Virus record (IMG/VR): IMGVR_UViG_3300027278_000024
Coordinates: 1-35,106 of that record
Origin: a virus
Lineage: Duplodnaviria > Caudoviricetes
Length of the DNA stretch: 35,106 nucleotides
Direction: 5' to 3' (one strand)
The first letter of the stretch is position 1. Each line of letters starts with the position of its first letter. The notes below the pieces were generated by a model. The model did not search any database. It was not told where the DNA came from and saw only the letters and a list, made by a program, of their open reading frames with translations. Below, piece after piece: positions 18,178-26,901 of this stretch. The translations under genes were made by a program, and so were the position numbers.

Positions 18178-19745
18178 TGTCAGACATCATCAGGCTGAAG
18201 CGGAGCAACACGCCGGGACTGGTTCCAGATTCTCTGGAGATGTCTGAAGGCGAACTCGCGATCAACACATTCGACGGCATCCTGTACGCGTACAGATCTG
18301 GAGCAACTCCAGTCTCCGCAGTTGGCGGACGAACGATTGTGTACACGGATGCGGATCTCACGCTCACTACTGATCTTCACGACGCGTGCATCGTGCAGTC
18401 ATCTGCTGGTCAGAGGGCTGTATACATCCCATCCTCATCGCAGCAGGCAATCCGCGTTGGATCGACTGTGCAGATCATTCGACTCTCTGGATCTGTCGAG
18501 GTGTGGCCGTGCAGTGGGGTGACTCTCTACGCTCCAAACGGTCGCGCTCTCAAGTCAGCGGGATCGTCTGCCTATGCGACGAAGATCGGTGAGGACGAGT
18601 GGGTACTTCATGGTGACACATCGAATGGAGACTGGACTCTCTCATTCGACTTCACCACGAACGCGCTCGACTCGCGCTTGACACTGACGCGCGCAACGGT
18701 CGGCACATACATCGACTCACTTGGGTTCGTTGCCTCAGCGGCATCCGGCGTTGCGCGATTCACGCACGATCCAGTGACGCTGGAACGCCTTGGCCTGCTC
18801 TGCGAACATCAGACGACCAATCGCCTGAACTTCAGCGAGACCTTCGCCGCCACAGGCGGATCGCAGAACAACTGGACGACGACAAATCTGACGCGCACCA
18901 GCACGAACAACCTGAGTCCACGGAATGACCTGACTGCTCTGCGGCTCACTGCCACAGCCGCGAACGCGACCATCATCGCGTCTGCTGCGATCGGTTCGTC
19001 TGCACAGCGCACGCTCAGCGTCTGGCTCCGTCGCGTGACTGGCACTGGTTCGATCCAGTACACAACCAACAACGGCTCTACATACACCACGCAAGCAATC
19101 ACGAGCACATGGACGCGGTACACATTCGCCGCGACAACCGAAGCGCAGCAAGTCGGGTTCCGCGTGGTGACATCAGGCGATGCGATCGAGATATGGGGAG
19201 CACAGGTGGAGGACGGCGGTGGCTCGTCCAGTTACATCGTCACGACTACTGCGACCGCAACGCGCAATGGCGATCAGTTGACCATGAGCGACATCAGTGC
19301 GCTCGGCTACAGCACGACTGCTGGCACGCTGTACCACAGTGGGCGATTCACATACAGCAACAGTGGTTCATATCCAACGCGCGCTGGCTTTATGACGGCT
19401 GGAGATCAGCCGACTTGGGAAGTGTTCACGAACGGCAGTCGCCTCTTCTCAGCAGCGCGTGGATCGGGCGCAGCACCAGAAGCGAATCTGACCTATAGCG
19501 CGAACACAGCGACGCGATTCGCCGCATCATTCGACGCAAGCCTCTCAACGGCAGAGGTCAAGATCAACCTGAACGGCTCTGCGACATCGGCTGGGCCAAC
19601 ATCGCTGAGCGCGACATTCACACCCACTCGATTCGTGATTGGACGACCGGGATACGAACTGTACTTCTCGGCAGGCCCGATTGCGAAGATCAAATACTGG
19701 CCGACGATCAAGACCGCGACTGAGTTGGCGGGGCTTGTCACTTGA
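18177..19745 (+). CDS. Putative tail fibre / receptor-binding protein
   Basis: N-terminal IRLKRSNTPG..P.....GELAINT.DG fibre-type motif; Thr/Ser-rich body with LTRATVGTY..., GLLCE..TTN and WGAQVEDG..SSYI.T motifs. Confidence 0.75.
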   Translation: MSDIIRLKRSNTPGLVPDSLEMSEGELAINTFDGILYAYRSGATPVSAVGGRTIVYTDADLTLTTDLHDACIVQSSAGQRAVYIPSSSQQAIRVGSTVQIIRLSGSVEVWPCSGVTLYAPNGRALKSAGSSAYATKIGEDEWVLHGDTSNGDWTLSFDFTTNALDSRLTLTRATVGTYIDSLGFVASAASGVARFTHDPVTLERLGLLCEHQTTNRLNFSETFAATGGSQNNWTTTNLTRTSTNNLSPRNDLTALRLTATAANATIIASAAIGSSAQRTLSVWLRRVTGTGSIQYTTNNGSTYTTQAITSTWTRYTFAATTEAQQVGFRVVTSGDAIEIWGAQVEDGGGSSSYIVTTTATATRNGDQLTMSDISALGYSTTAGTLYHSGRFTYSNSGSYPTRAGFMTAGDQPTWEVFTNGSRLFSAARGSGAAPEANLTYSANTATRFAASFDASLSTAEVKINLNGSATSAGPTSLSATFTPTRFVIGRPGYELYFSAGPIAKIKYWPTIKTATELAGLVT

Positions 19746-21109
19746 CGCTGCACAGAAGCAACTGCTGCTGTGCATTGGAACCGCCATGCACGGTGTGCGA
19801 TCTTCCGTGGAGGTGCACGGACGACTGCGAAGTTTGTGGGCCGCGTGACAGAACGATGCCTCTTCAAGAGGGATCAACGATGAAGATGAAGATTCAGATG
19901 GTGACATCCCGAGTGTTCGGAGGTGGCACGCTTCCCGGTGGATGCGATTGCACGGTACTTGTCTTGATGCCATCAAGCACAACGATGGTGCTTGAGTGCG
20001 ATCCCAATGCAGGACACATCTGGGTCTCGCAATCGCAGCAGGAGATAGAACTGCCATACGCAGACACATCGACTGCATGCGATGCAGCATTCTGCTGTTC
20101 AACGATGCAGATGGACTGTGATGTGGTGGTGCGGCAAAACTGCTGGGTTGACGGAGCGGTTGAGGTAGCGTTCGTGCCTTCGTCCGACTACGCGGAAGAC
20201 ATTGCTGCGTCGAATGAGTGCATCGAGTATTACAGGCCATACACCTTCAGGGGGACTACGAGGCTTGCGTACCGGATGTCGATTCGGCTCGAAGACATTA
20301 CTGCTACTGGCGCGCCATCATGCAAGTATCTGTGGCAGCGCACAGGCACTGCGACGCTCTACGGTAGTTGGAATGGAACGCAGACAGACGACACGGTTGG
20401 CATCTTTGACTATGAACCAGTCATTCCGCTTCAAGACTGGAGCGCGGAGGCGATTGGGTTGACATCGGGTTCGACTGCTGAAGAGCGATACAACACGGCG
20501 TACAGGTACACAGACTGGTGCACAACGCGAGGCAACTACATCCGCGTTGACTGGGTGAATCAATACGCCTACAGCCGAGACGAATGCAAGTGCGGCGAGT
20601 CACGGGAGGGTGAATGCGATCTCAGCATCGGCCAGACAACCGGGCCGACTTACTATGGACTTGATCTTCAGCCCGGATTGAATAACGCATGCAGGTGTCA
20701 ATACAGTGCCTACACCGCAGCAATCAAGTTCTGTTCTGGGGCAACAGTCACATACACCGGATCGGGGAATACGGGAACGAAAACGGTGTCTCAGTTGTGC
20801 GTGGATGACTACTGGACTCTCGACCCGGGGCCGTTCGACACCACATCAACATGGACTCGATACCCCGGTTCAATGTCGTTTCAATACACGGCTGGACAGG
20901 CGGAAGTGTTCACCTTCGTTGGGCCATCTGAGTCGCTGGTCAAGCCTTCCTCGTATCAGTGTTACCCATGCCTTGATATCTGCGACAGGAACGCAGGCGA
21001 AGAATGCTGTGAACAAAAGGTCTGCACTCCGACATGCGCCCTCACAACTATCTCCTACACCCTGACGAGCACGGTCGCAATATCGGCTGTCTCGTGTCCC
21101 GTGTACTGA
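19742..21109 (+). CDS. Cysteine-rich protein, probably virion-associated
   Basis: 455-aa ORF, TTG start overlapping the upstream stop (start uncertain); CCC, CxxC and CC clusters. Confidence 0.65.
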   Translation: MTLHRSNCCCALEPPCTVCDLPWRCTDDCEVCGPRDRTMPLQEGSTMKMKIQMVTSRVFGGGTLPGGCDCTVLVLMPSSTTMVLECDPNAGHIWVSQSQQEIELPYADTSTACDAAFCCSTMQMDCDVVVRQNCWVDGAVEVAFVPSSDYAEDIAASNECIEYYRPYTFRGTTRLAYRMSIRLEDITATGAPSCKYLWQRTGTATLYGSWNGTQTDDTVGIFDYEPVIPLQDWSAEAIGLTSGSTAEERYNTAYRYTDWCTTRGNYIRVDWVNQYAYSRDECKCGESREGECDLSIGQTTGPTYYGLDLQPGLNNACRCQYSAYTAAIKFCSGATVTYTGSGNTGTKTVSQLCVDDYWTLDPGPFDTTSTWTRYPGSMSFQYTAGQAEVFTFVGPSESLVKPSSYQCYPCLDICDRNAGEECCEQKVCTPTCALTTISYTLTSTVAISAVSCPVY

Positions 21110-21119
21110 GGATCGAAAC

Positions 21120-21545
21120 ATGGAAGAACACCGTTCGTACCTTCGTCAAGCCGCCGAGTACATGCGAGCGGAGGCCAGCACTGTCACTCGTGGCGAGACT
21201 GCTTCCGAGACGCGTGAGGCTCGCGTGACTGCGTGCCAAGGCTGCGATAGGCGCAAGGACGCGTCTGGAGATCTGCAAGACTCGCTGGGGTTCTGCGGAG
21301 CATGCGGATGCTCTGGAAAGCGCGCTGCACTGTCCGTCAAAGTCACCATGCCGGGTGCGAACTGCCCACTGGGCAAGTGGCCTGCCGAGGTGAAGGTGTG
21401 CGGAGTCGCTGGCCCCGGCGAGGCACTTCATGCGGCTCGCACTGCGGTGTCATCCGTTGCCATGACGGTAGCGGAGCAGTTGAAAAAACTGAGAGACTTG
21501 AACAGTCGGGCTGCTGGTGGCAACGGACAGCCTCCATCCGCGTGA
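21120..21545 (+). CDS. Small Cys-motif protein (CxxC...CxxCxC...CP.GKW)
   Basis: GAGGA RBS; putative metal-binding Cys pattern. Confidence 0.7.
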   Translation: MEEHRSYLRQAAEYMRAEASTVTRGETASETREARVTACQGCDRRKDASGDLQDSLGFCGACGCSGKRAALSVKVTMPGANCPLGKWPAEVKVCGVAGPGEALHAARTAVSSVAMTVAEQLKKLRDLNSRAAGGNGQPPSA

Positions 21546-21559
21546 CTAGTCTGGGTGAC

Positions 21560-21823
21560 ATGAACGGAGACGGCACGGCTTCAAGGACGGTAGCCGCGTG
21601 GGTGCAGGTCGCTGTATTCGCGCTCGGGCTTGGCGGTCTCGCTGTGTCGATCGGTCGCAAGGACGCGACGATCGACCAGCACTCTGGTCAACTCACTGAA
21701 CTGAAGTCCATCACGGCTGATCTCGTCCGCGCTCAACTGAGCCTGAGTGGAAACGATCAGGTGACAGCGCAGCGACTTCAAGAACTGGAGCGTCGCCTTG
21801 CCACGCTTGAAGCCAAGCGATAA
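21560..21823 (+). CDS. Single-TM coiled-coil membrane protein (possible lysis accessory)
   Basis: Hydrophobic VAAWVQVAVFALGLGGLAVSI followed by a coiled coil; start could instead be GTG at 21542. Confidence 0.6.
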   Translation: MNGDGTASRTVAAWVQVAVFALGLGGLAVSIGRKDATIDQHSGQLTELKSITADLVRAQLSLSGNDQVTAQRLQELERRLATLEAKR

Positions 21824-22733
21824 GCAGAAGCCGCTTCCGTTTCGCGTCGTTGAGAAGTCGCGGAACATCCATATCGTCGAGATGGAGGCAAGCGCGCGCG
21901 GCGGTTGGGAGCAATGGTATCTGCTCCGATCGGACGCGCACCATGACAACCCGCACAGCGACCACGATCTTGAGCGCAAGCACCTTCGCGAGTGCGAGCA
22001 ACGCAATGCTGGGTGGATTGATTTTGGTGATGCCTTCTGTGCTATGGCGGGCAAAGCAGATCCACGACGCGCCAAGCACGGCGTGACTCGCGACGAGCAC
22101 GCAATCGCGAACGATTACTTCGACTCTCTGGTGAGACACGCAGCGGACTTCTATGCGCCACACGCGCGCAGGTGTGTCCTGCTGTGTCGCGGAAATCACG
22201 AGACAGGAGTTCTCAAGAATCAGGAAACGGATCTCACTGAGCGGCTCGCCGAACGGCTCAGTGAGCGACTCGGATCTCCGGTGATGACTGGTGGCTACGG
22301 TGGCTTCATCCAGTTCAGAACGAAGGTAGCCAACACCGTGCACACTCTGACGATGGCCTACTTTCACGGCTCGGGTGGTGGCGGCATGATGACCTTCGAT
22401 ACCCTTCGAGTTCGTCGGCAAGCGTCGTTTCAACCCGACGCTGATGTGTTGGTGTGCGGTCATGTGCACGAGCGATGGTGGCTCCAGACGGCTCGCTATC
22501 GACTGCGGACGAACAACGGCATGTACCGAGTGACTGTCGAGCCGCAGCACCATGTGCGAACTGGCACTTACAAGCAGGAGCACGGCGACTCATTCGGCGG
22601 ATGGGCTGTCGAAAAGGGAATGCCGCCGAAGCCGATTGGTGCGATCTGGATGCGCCTCTATATGAAGCACATCGAGAAGGTGAATGGCATCTCCATCTGG
22701 AGACTCGAATGCGAGTTCCACGAGGCATCCTGA
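21798..22733 (+). CDS. Calcineurin-like metallophosphoesterase
   Basis: SDAH, FGD, GNHE, HG and GHVH motifs in canonical order. Confidence 0.88.
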   Translation: MPRLKPSDKQKPLPFRVVEKSRNIHIVEMEASARGGWEQWYLLRSDAHHDNPHSDHDLERKHLRECEQRNAGWIDFGDAFCAMAGKADPRRAKHGVTRDEHAIANDYFDSLVRHAADFYAPHARRCVLLCRGNHETGVLKNQETDLTERLAERLSERLGSPVMTGGYGGFIQFRTKVANTVHTLTMAYFHGSGGGGMMTFDTLRVRRQASFQPDADVLVCGHVHERWWLQTARYRLRTNNGMYRVTVEPQHHVRTGTYKQEHGDSFGGWAVEKGMPPKPIGAIWMRLYMKHIEKVNGISIWRLECEFHEAS

Positions 22734-23020
22734 GTATCCGAGTTCGGTTCGGTGATTGCACATACACGATCAGGTGGATGCCCGCCAAGCACATGGGCAA
22801 GGACTGGGGCCGCTGCTACCCGCGCAGAGGCAAGCGCGGAGTGATCGAGATTCGCCAGTCGCTCAGTGAGAAGAACATGATGGACACTCTGATTCACGAA
22901 TGCCTGCACGCTGCGAACTGGTGCGCTGACGAAGAGTTCGTTGACGCTACTGCTTGCAGCATCCAGAAGGCTCTCTACGCTGCTGGATGGCGGCGAACCT
23001 CAACAAAGGAGAAGAGATGA
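22709..23020 (+). CDS. Small zincin-like (HExxH) protein
   Basis: GGAG RBS, ATG at 22709, WGRC...IEI...DTLIHECLHA...EEFV. Confidence 0.7.
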   Translation: MRVPRGILSIRVRFGDCTYTIRWMPAKHMGKDWGRCYPRRGKRGVIEIRQSLSEKNMMDTLIHECLHAANWCADEEFVDATACSIQKALYAAGWRRTSTKEKR

Positions 23021-23205
23021 ACAATCAATCGAGTTGGCGCACGAGTCTTGCGGGTCTTGCAGCGATCATGGTTGCTGTCGGTGCGGCTGTGAAGGCGTTC
23101 ACGGACAACGATCCTCTGACGGTTCCAGACATCGGAGCATGCGTCGCAGCAGTGATCGCTGGCATCGGTCTGATTCTCGCGCGCGACAACAAGAGCGCAC
23201 AGTGA
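23017..23205 (+). CDS. Holin-like two-TM protein
   Basis: AAGGAG RBS; SWRTSLAG...GIGLILARD with two hydrophobic helices. Confidence 0.7.
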   Translation: MNNQSSWRTSLAGLAAIMVAVGAAVKAFTDNDPLTVPDIGACVAAVIAGIGLILARDNKSAQ

Positions 23206-23375
23206 CGCAGTGGCTCGCGTCGATGTGCGCGGCAATCGTCGCGCTGTTGATTGAGCGATACGGATCTCTGTTCGGCAAGACGATTGCCAAGGATGCAACA
23301 CATGACACGAGCACTCTTCGTCGCGCTGGCTCTCGCATTCGCAAGTGGATGCAATCGCGTCACACTCGTCACTGA
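23202..23375 (+). CDS. Possible i-spanin-like membrane protein
   Basis: GTGA overlap with the upstream stop, N-terminal hydrophobic stretch, overlaps the downstream lipoprotein gene. Confidence 0.45.
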   Translation: MTQWLASMCAAIVALLIERYGSLFGKTIAKDATHDTSTLRRAGSRIRKWMQSRHTRH

Positions 23376-23529
23376 GGGAAGCCCAATCCGAATCGGGCCA
23401 GACGCGCGCGCGCGCGTGTATGTGCTGACGGATGATGGGTGGACGCTCTCACCAGATGCGGTCGAGATACCAGAGGGCTGGTACTGCGTTCCGCCGTCAT
23501 TCGTTGACGATCCTACGGCTGCACAGTGA
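23302..23529 (+). CDS. Lipoprotein, o-spanin (Rz1)-like
   Basis: Signal peptide MTRALFVALALAFASG-C (lipobox), Pro-rich mature part, AAGGA RBS. Confidence 0.65.
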   Translation: MTRALFVALALAFASGCNRVTLVTEGSPIRIGPDARARVYVLTDDGWTLSPDAVEIPEGWYCVPPSFVDDPTAAQ

Positions 23530-23550
23530 CTGAACCTGCGGCCCTGTGGC

Positions 23551-23583
23551 CCCGCGTTTCCCATGCAGGAAACGCGGGCTTTT
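23551..23583 (+). terminator. Intrinsic terminator ending the late operon
   Basis: 11-bp stem cccgcgtttcc/ggaaacgcggg followed by ctttt. Confidence 0.75.
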
Positions 23584-23590
23584 GCATGGG

Positions 23591-23619
23591 TTGACCCTAC
23601 CTTCCCCATCGGGTAATAT
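23591..23619 (+). promoter_or_regulatory. Sigma70-type promoter
   Basis: TTGACC (23591-96), 17-nt spacer, TAATAT (23614-19), directly after a terminator. Confidence 0.8.
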
Positions 23620-23625
23620 CCGTGT

Positions 23626-24114
23626 GTCAGGTTCTTTGACAAGTGAGGCACTGGAACGGCAAACGAGCCGCGCGCCCCGAACGGCGCATCGCGGCTCGGC
23701 GAACGGGACGACCGACACGACAGGTCGAATAAGGCGACAACGCTGAAGACGCTTCCCGAAACGATCACCAAGCCGCTCTCTCCCGGACAGACTTTGTGCG
23801 AGTCGATCACCTAACGGAGTCCACTGAGAGAGCAGATCATCGAGCCGCCAGAAACTCGGAAGCCCAAGAGACCGAGCCTGCCTCACGACGACAAGCAAGC
23901 GCGAGTCCGACAGACTCAGTAAAGCCAGCACCTCTAGCGAAGAGCAACGACGAGGCCAGCATGGTGGGAACGGTCGGGACGAAGCGACGAACAGAGCGAC
24001 GAGCATCAGCAAGTGGGACGACCCACCTATGCCAGACCAGTGTGAGTGTGACGCACGAGGCGAGGCGCGGTGAAGTGCTCGGAGCGGAGAACCTGAAGCG
24101 CAACGAACGCAAGA
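23626..24114 (+). ncRNA. Putative large structured non-coding RNA / leader
   Basis: No credible ORF. Long-range stem gtgaggca 23643-50 / tgcctcac 23879-86 encloses several nested helices, with A-rich linkers. Confidence 0.6.
23631..23642 (+). promoter_or_regulatory. boxA-like (NusB/NusE) antitermination site
   Basis: GTTCTTTGACAA, 10/12 identical to rrn boxA GCTCTTTAACAA, a few nt after the predicted start site. Confidence 0.65.
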
Positions 24115-24210
24115 AACAGAACAAGCCACGCCGACCTTCGGTCAGGAGGGTCGGCTGGCCTGCGCTGTTGCAGGAGACACTGACTCGAACGCGGCGCACG
24201 CCGCAAGGAG
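24115..24210 (+). repeat. Structured intergenic element, copy 1
   Basis: aacag-5nt-gcca-c-stem-tggc; cctgc-gctgtt-gcagg; gcggc/gccgc hairpin; AAGGAG. Confidence 0.85.
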
Positions 24211-24216
24211 AACGCC

Positions 24217-24447
24217 ATGACGAAGGCCAAGAAGGTCACGAAGGTCAACACGAAGAAGTTCAAGAAGGTCAAGGTTCGCCTCACTGGCACAGACGGCAAC
24301 GCCTTCGCTGTGCTCGGCAAGGTTGGCAGAGCACTCAAGGCCGCTGGCGCGACGGCGAAGGAGGTCAACGCCTTCTACAAGGAAGCGATGGCTGGCGACT
24401 ACCTCACGCTGCTGGCGACGGCGATGAAGTGGGTCACTGTCACCTGA
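24217..24447 (+). CDS. Hypothetical phage protein (LTGTDGNAF...GDY motif)
   Basis: Strong RBS, genome-typical codons. Confidence 0.85.
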   Translation: MTKAKKVTKVNTKKFKKVKVRLTGTDGNAFAVLGKVGRALKAAGATAKEVNAFYKEAMAGDYLTLLATAMKWVTVT

Positions 24448-24538
24448 CGGGACGAGACACGCACGCTCGCTCGCGCGAGCGTGCTGTCCCGCATCGTCGC
24501 GGGTTCACTACCTCGAACGCGGCGCATGCCGCAAGGAG
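24445..24538 (+). repeat. Structured intergenic element, copy 2
   Basis: tgacgg-5nt-gaca-c-gcacgctcgc/gcgagcgtgc-tgtc; cccgc-atcgtc-gcggg; gcggc/gccgc; AAGGAG. Confidence 0.9.
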
Positions 24539-24544
24539 TTCACT

Positions 24545-24877
24545 ATGCGATTCGTGAGGAACCAAAACCGAAAGCAGCAAGAGCGCGTGCTGCTCGACAC
24601 CGTTGTTCGCAAGGCTGCGGAAGTCGGGTTCAAGGTGACGGCTGTGTACGACGGAGAGGAGTGGGTGAAGTTCGAGACCACGCCCACGCCGGAAGAACTG
24701 GCTCGTGTGGCCTTCGCAACGGACGACGCTCAGGTGCAGTTCAACGGCAAGCAGTGGGTGTTCTTCGTCTGGGGCAACGGTGTCGATGCCGCAACTGACT
24801 GGGGCGTTGGCAACGAGGCGTTCGCGAAGGCCGTCGAGGAGGCGACGCAACAGGTGTACGAGGCGTTCGCGCCTTGA
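24545..24877 (+). CDS. Hypothetical protein
   Basis: RBS supplied by the repeat; typical codons. Confidence 0.82.
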   Translation: MRFVRNQNRKQQERVLLDTVVRKAAEVGFKVTAVYDGEEWVKFETTPTPEELARVAFATDDAQVQFNGKQWVFFVWGNGVDAATDWGVGNEAFAKAVEEATQQVYEAFAP

Positions 24878-24969
24878 CGGGACTCGCCACGCACGCTCGC
24901 TCACGCGAGCGTGCTGGCCTGCATCGTCGCAGGATTCACTACCTCGAACGCGGCGCACGCCGCAAGGAG
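24875..24969 (+). repeat. Structured intergenic element, copy 3
   Basis: Same architecture; gcca/tggc and cctgc-atcgtc-gcagg. Confidence 0.9.
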
Positions 24970-24976
24970 TTCACAC

Positions 24977-25327
24977 ATGGCACGGCTCTACGCTCTCATC
25001 AACGAATGCGCTCGCAAGACCACGCCGACCGCTCGCGCGCACTACCAAGTGGCGGCGACTGTGAAGAACTGGGAGTACGCGGTGGAGGCTCGCATCGACC
25101 GCGCGAAGACAGAGGCTCAGGATCAGTTGACGCTGCGCGTCACCAACCTGCGGACGCGCGAGACGGTTGAGGTCGCAGCGGACGAGATCGCGAAGGTGTT
25201 CGCTGCTGCGAAGGCGAAGCAGCAGCGCGCTGCGAAGAAGGCGGCGAAGCGCGCCGCCGAGGAGGCTGCACTGACCCGAGCCGTCATCGAGGAGCCGTGG
25301 CTGGCTGCTCAGGTGCTGGCTGCTTGA
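24977..25327 (+). CDS. Hypothetical protein
   Basis: ATG at 24977 after AAGGAG. Confidence 0.8.
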   Translation: MARLYALINECARKTTPTARAHYQVAATVKNWEYAVEARIDRAKTEAQDQLTLRVTNLRTRETVEVAADEIAKVFAAAKAKQQRAAKKAAKRAAEEAALTRAVIEEPWLAAQVLAA

Positions 25328-25424
25328 CGGTCGCACGCCAGCGCAAACATTCAAGTTTCTTGAATCCTTATGCCTGCATCGTCGCAGGAGACACTGACTC
25401 GAACGCGGCTCATGCCGCAAGGAG
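25325..25424 (+). repeat. Structured intergenic element, copy 4 (divergent first stem)
   Basis: tgacggt; attcaag/cttgaat stem; cctgc-atcgtc-gcagg; gcggc/gccgc; AAGGAG. Confidence 0.85.
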
Positions 25425-25430
25425 TTCACT

Positions 25431-25775
25431 ATGGCTCTCTACTGGGATCTCACTCGCATCAAGAACTACAAGGTCGTGGCGATCAATCCAGAAACGCTCC
25501 ACCCGTTTCAGACGGTTGAGGAACTGATCTACCTCACCATGAAGATCGGACTTGCCGGGGTGACGGAGAAGAATGTCGAAGAGTGGAAGTGGCGACTCGC
25601 CTTCCTGTGGAACACCGGGGGGAACGACTTCTACACGAAGTTCAACACGGAGTTCCTGAAGGGGCTGGTCGGACTCACAACGAATGCGACGCAACTCACT
25701 CGCGCTCAGTGGATCAAGAAGTGGCTGAAGAATCAGACGCTGGAGGCTGACTACCAAGCGCGCAAGTGGGAGTAA
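25431..25775 (+). CDS. Hypothetical protein
   Basis: RBS and typical codons. Confidence 0.82.
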   Translation: MALYWDLTRIKNYKVVAINPETLHPFQTVEELIYLTMKIGLAGVTEKNVEEWKWRLAFLWNTGGNDFYTKFNTEFLKGLVGLTTNATQLTRAQWIKKWLKNQTLEADYQARKWE

Positions 25776-25787
25776 TGGATGAACCCG

Positions 25788-25868
25788 TAACGGCTTCGGC
25801 TTACCGCTCTCTTCGGAGAGCGGGACGGCCTGCTCCGTTGCAGGAGACACTGACCTCAAGCAAAAGGA
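25788..25868 (+). repeat. Structured intergenic element, copy 5 (lacks the last hairpin)
   Basis: aacgg; ccgctctc-ttcg-gagagcgg; cctgc-tccgtt-gcagg; agacactgac. Confidence 0.85.
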
Positions 25869-25874
25869 AACACC

Positions 25875-26096
25875 ATGACCACACCTCTTCCGATCCTTCG
25901 CGATGGCCTTGAGTGGAAGCCCGGGACTTGCATGTCTTGCGGTGAAGTCGGCCATGTCTTGCACGACCGCGACGCAACCGTGGAAACGCACGCTGGCGAC
26001 GGTGATGGATGCTGTCCCGCATGCTGCACCGCTCTGTGGACTCTGATGACGAATGACTTCACCGAGCGAGTGGAAGCACCGTGGCGTGAATACTGA
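25875..26096 (+). CDS. Small zinc-finger-like protein (CxxC...CCxxC)
   Basis: AAAGGA RBS; CMSC and CPAC motifs. Confidence 0.7.
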   Translation: MTTPLPILRDGLEWKPGTCMSCGEVGHVLHDRDATVETHAGDGDGCCPACCTALWTLMTNDFTERVEAPWREY

Positions 26097-26131
26097 ACTT
26101 TCGAGGCACAGCCTCAGATTGGAGAACGCAA

Positions 26132-26359
26132 ATGGAACGCAACACTGAATGCAAGCGCGCTAGCCGTGATCGTGCACGCAACATCCGCAACCTGAAGAAG
26201 TACGGATACGAGGCGTGCAAGATCTGCTGGGAGACCTGTGTGATCCGTGGAGAAGGCCCGACCATGCAGTCGATCAACTCTGGCCTGCACTTCAACGCGA
26301 CATCTGCCGCAATCGCGGCCTACGCCTTCGCGCTGCGCGAGGCCGGAGTGAGGAACTGA
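26132..26359 (+). CDS. Hypothetical protein
   Basis: GGAG RBS preceded by a gaggc/gcctc hairpin. Confidence 0.7.
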   Translation: MERNTECKRASRDRARNIRNLKKYGYEACKICWETCVIRGEGPTMQSINSGLHFNATSAAIAAYAFALREAGVRN

Positions 26360-26450
26360 CGGCTCGCGCCCCACCGCTCTCTTCGGAGAGCGGGACGGCC
26401 TGCGCTGTTGCAGGAGTTACTACCTCGAACGCGGCTCATGCCGCAAGGAG
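26357..26450 (+). repeat. Structured intergenic element, copy 6
   Basis: tgacggc; cUUCGg stem; cctgc-gctgtt-gcagg; gcggc/gccgc; AAGGAG. Confidence 0.9.
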
Positions 26451-26456
26451 TCGAAC

Positions 26457-26885
26457 ATGGCGCGTTACACGCCGACATACTGGAACTGCAAGGGCGAACT
26501 TCAGGAGGTGTACGACATGCTGCACAAGGCTATCGTGCCTGAGACTGGTCGCGCGCCAACGCCGCACGGCAACGCGCTGCGGCAAGTCGCGAATCTGTAT
26601 CACGAGGTCTACAACAACGGCGGCGGCAACGCTGCTGGGCAGAACGGTTTTGGTCTCAACCAGAGGTACAAGGATGCGATCGCTGCTGTCGTCGAAGGCG
26701 CAGCACTGGAGCCGGAGGATGCAAAGGTGCTGCGCCGCGCTCTTGTGCGCGGAGACGAGATGTGCAAGGGCGAGATGCCGAAGACAGCCCGACGCTTGGA
26801 TGAAGTTGTGACGAAGGTCGTTCGACACGCGCTGGCTCAGACGCTGGCGACGATCAAGCGACCCAAGAACAACCGCGAACTGTGA
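26457..26885 (+). CDS. Hypothetical protein (YWNCKG...LY..VYNNG.GN)
   Basis: RBS and typical codons. Confidence 0.82.
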   Translation: MARYTPTYWNCKGELQEVYDMLHKAIVPETGRAPTPHGNALRQVANLYHEVYNNGGGNAAGQNGFGLNQRYKDAIAAVVEGAALEPEDAKVLRRALVRGDEMCKGEMPKTARRLDEVVTKVVRHALAQTLATIKRPKNNREL

Positions 26886-26901
26886 AAGAAAGGAGACAGC
26901 C

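Noticed and set aside
23626-24114. Leader as RNase P RNA, tmRNA or a group I/II intron
   Set aside because: I did not see their hallmark sequences (GAGGAAAGUCC, tRNA-like ends with tag ORF, domain V or P7 core).
23796-24557. 253-aa + strand ORF spanning the leader
   Set aside because: No RBS, low-complexity Arg/Ser/Ala content, and it overlaps the well-supported gene 24217-24447 out of frame.
24445-25431. UGA-CGG plus stem as a read-through or SECIS signal fusing adjacent genes
   Set aside because: Stop-to-ATG distances are 100, 102 and 106 nt for copies 2-4, so frame is not conserved. Copies 1 and 5 do not start at a gene's stop codon.
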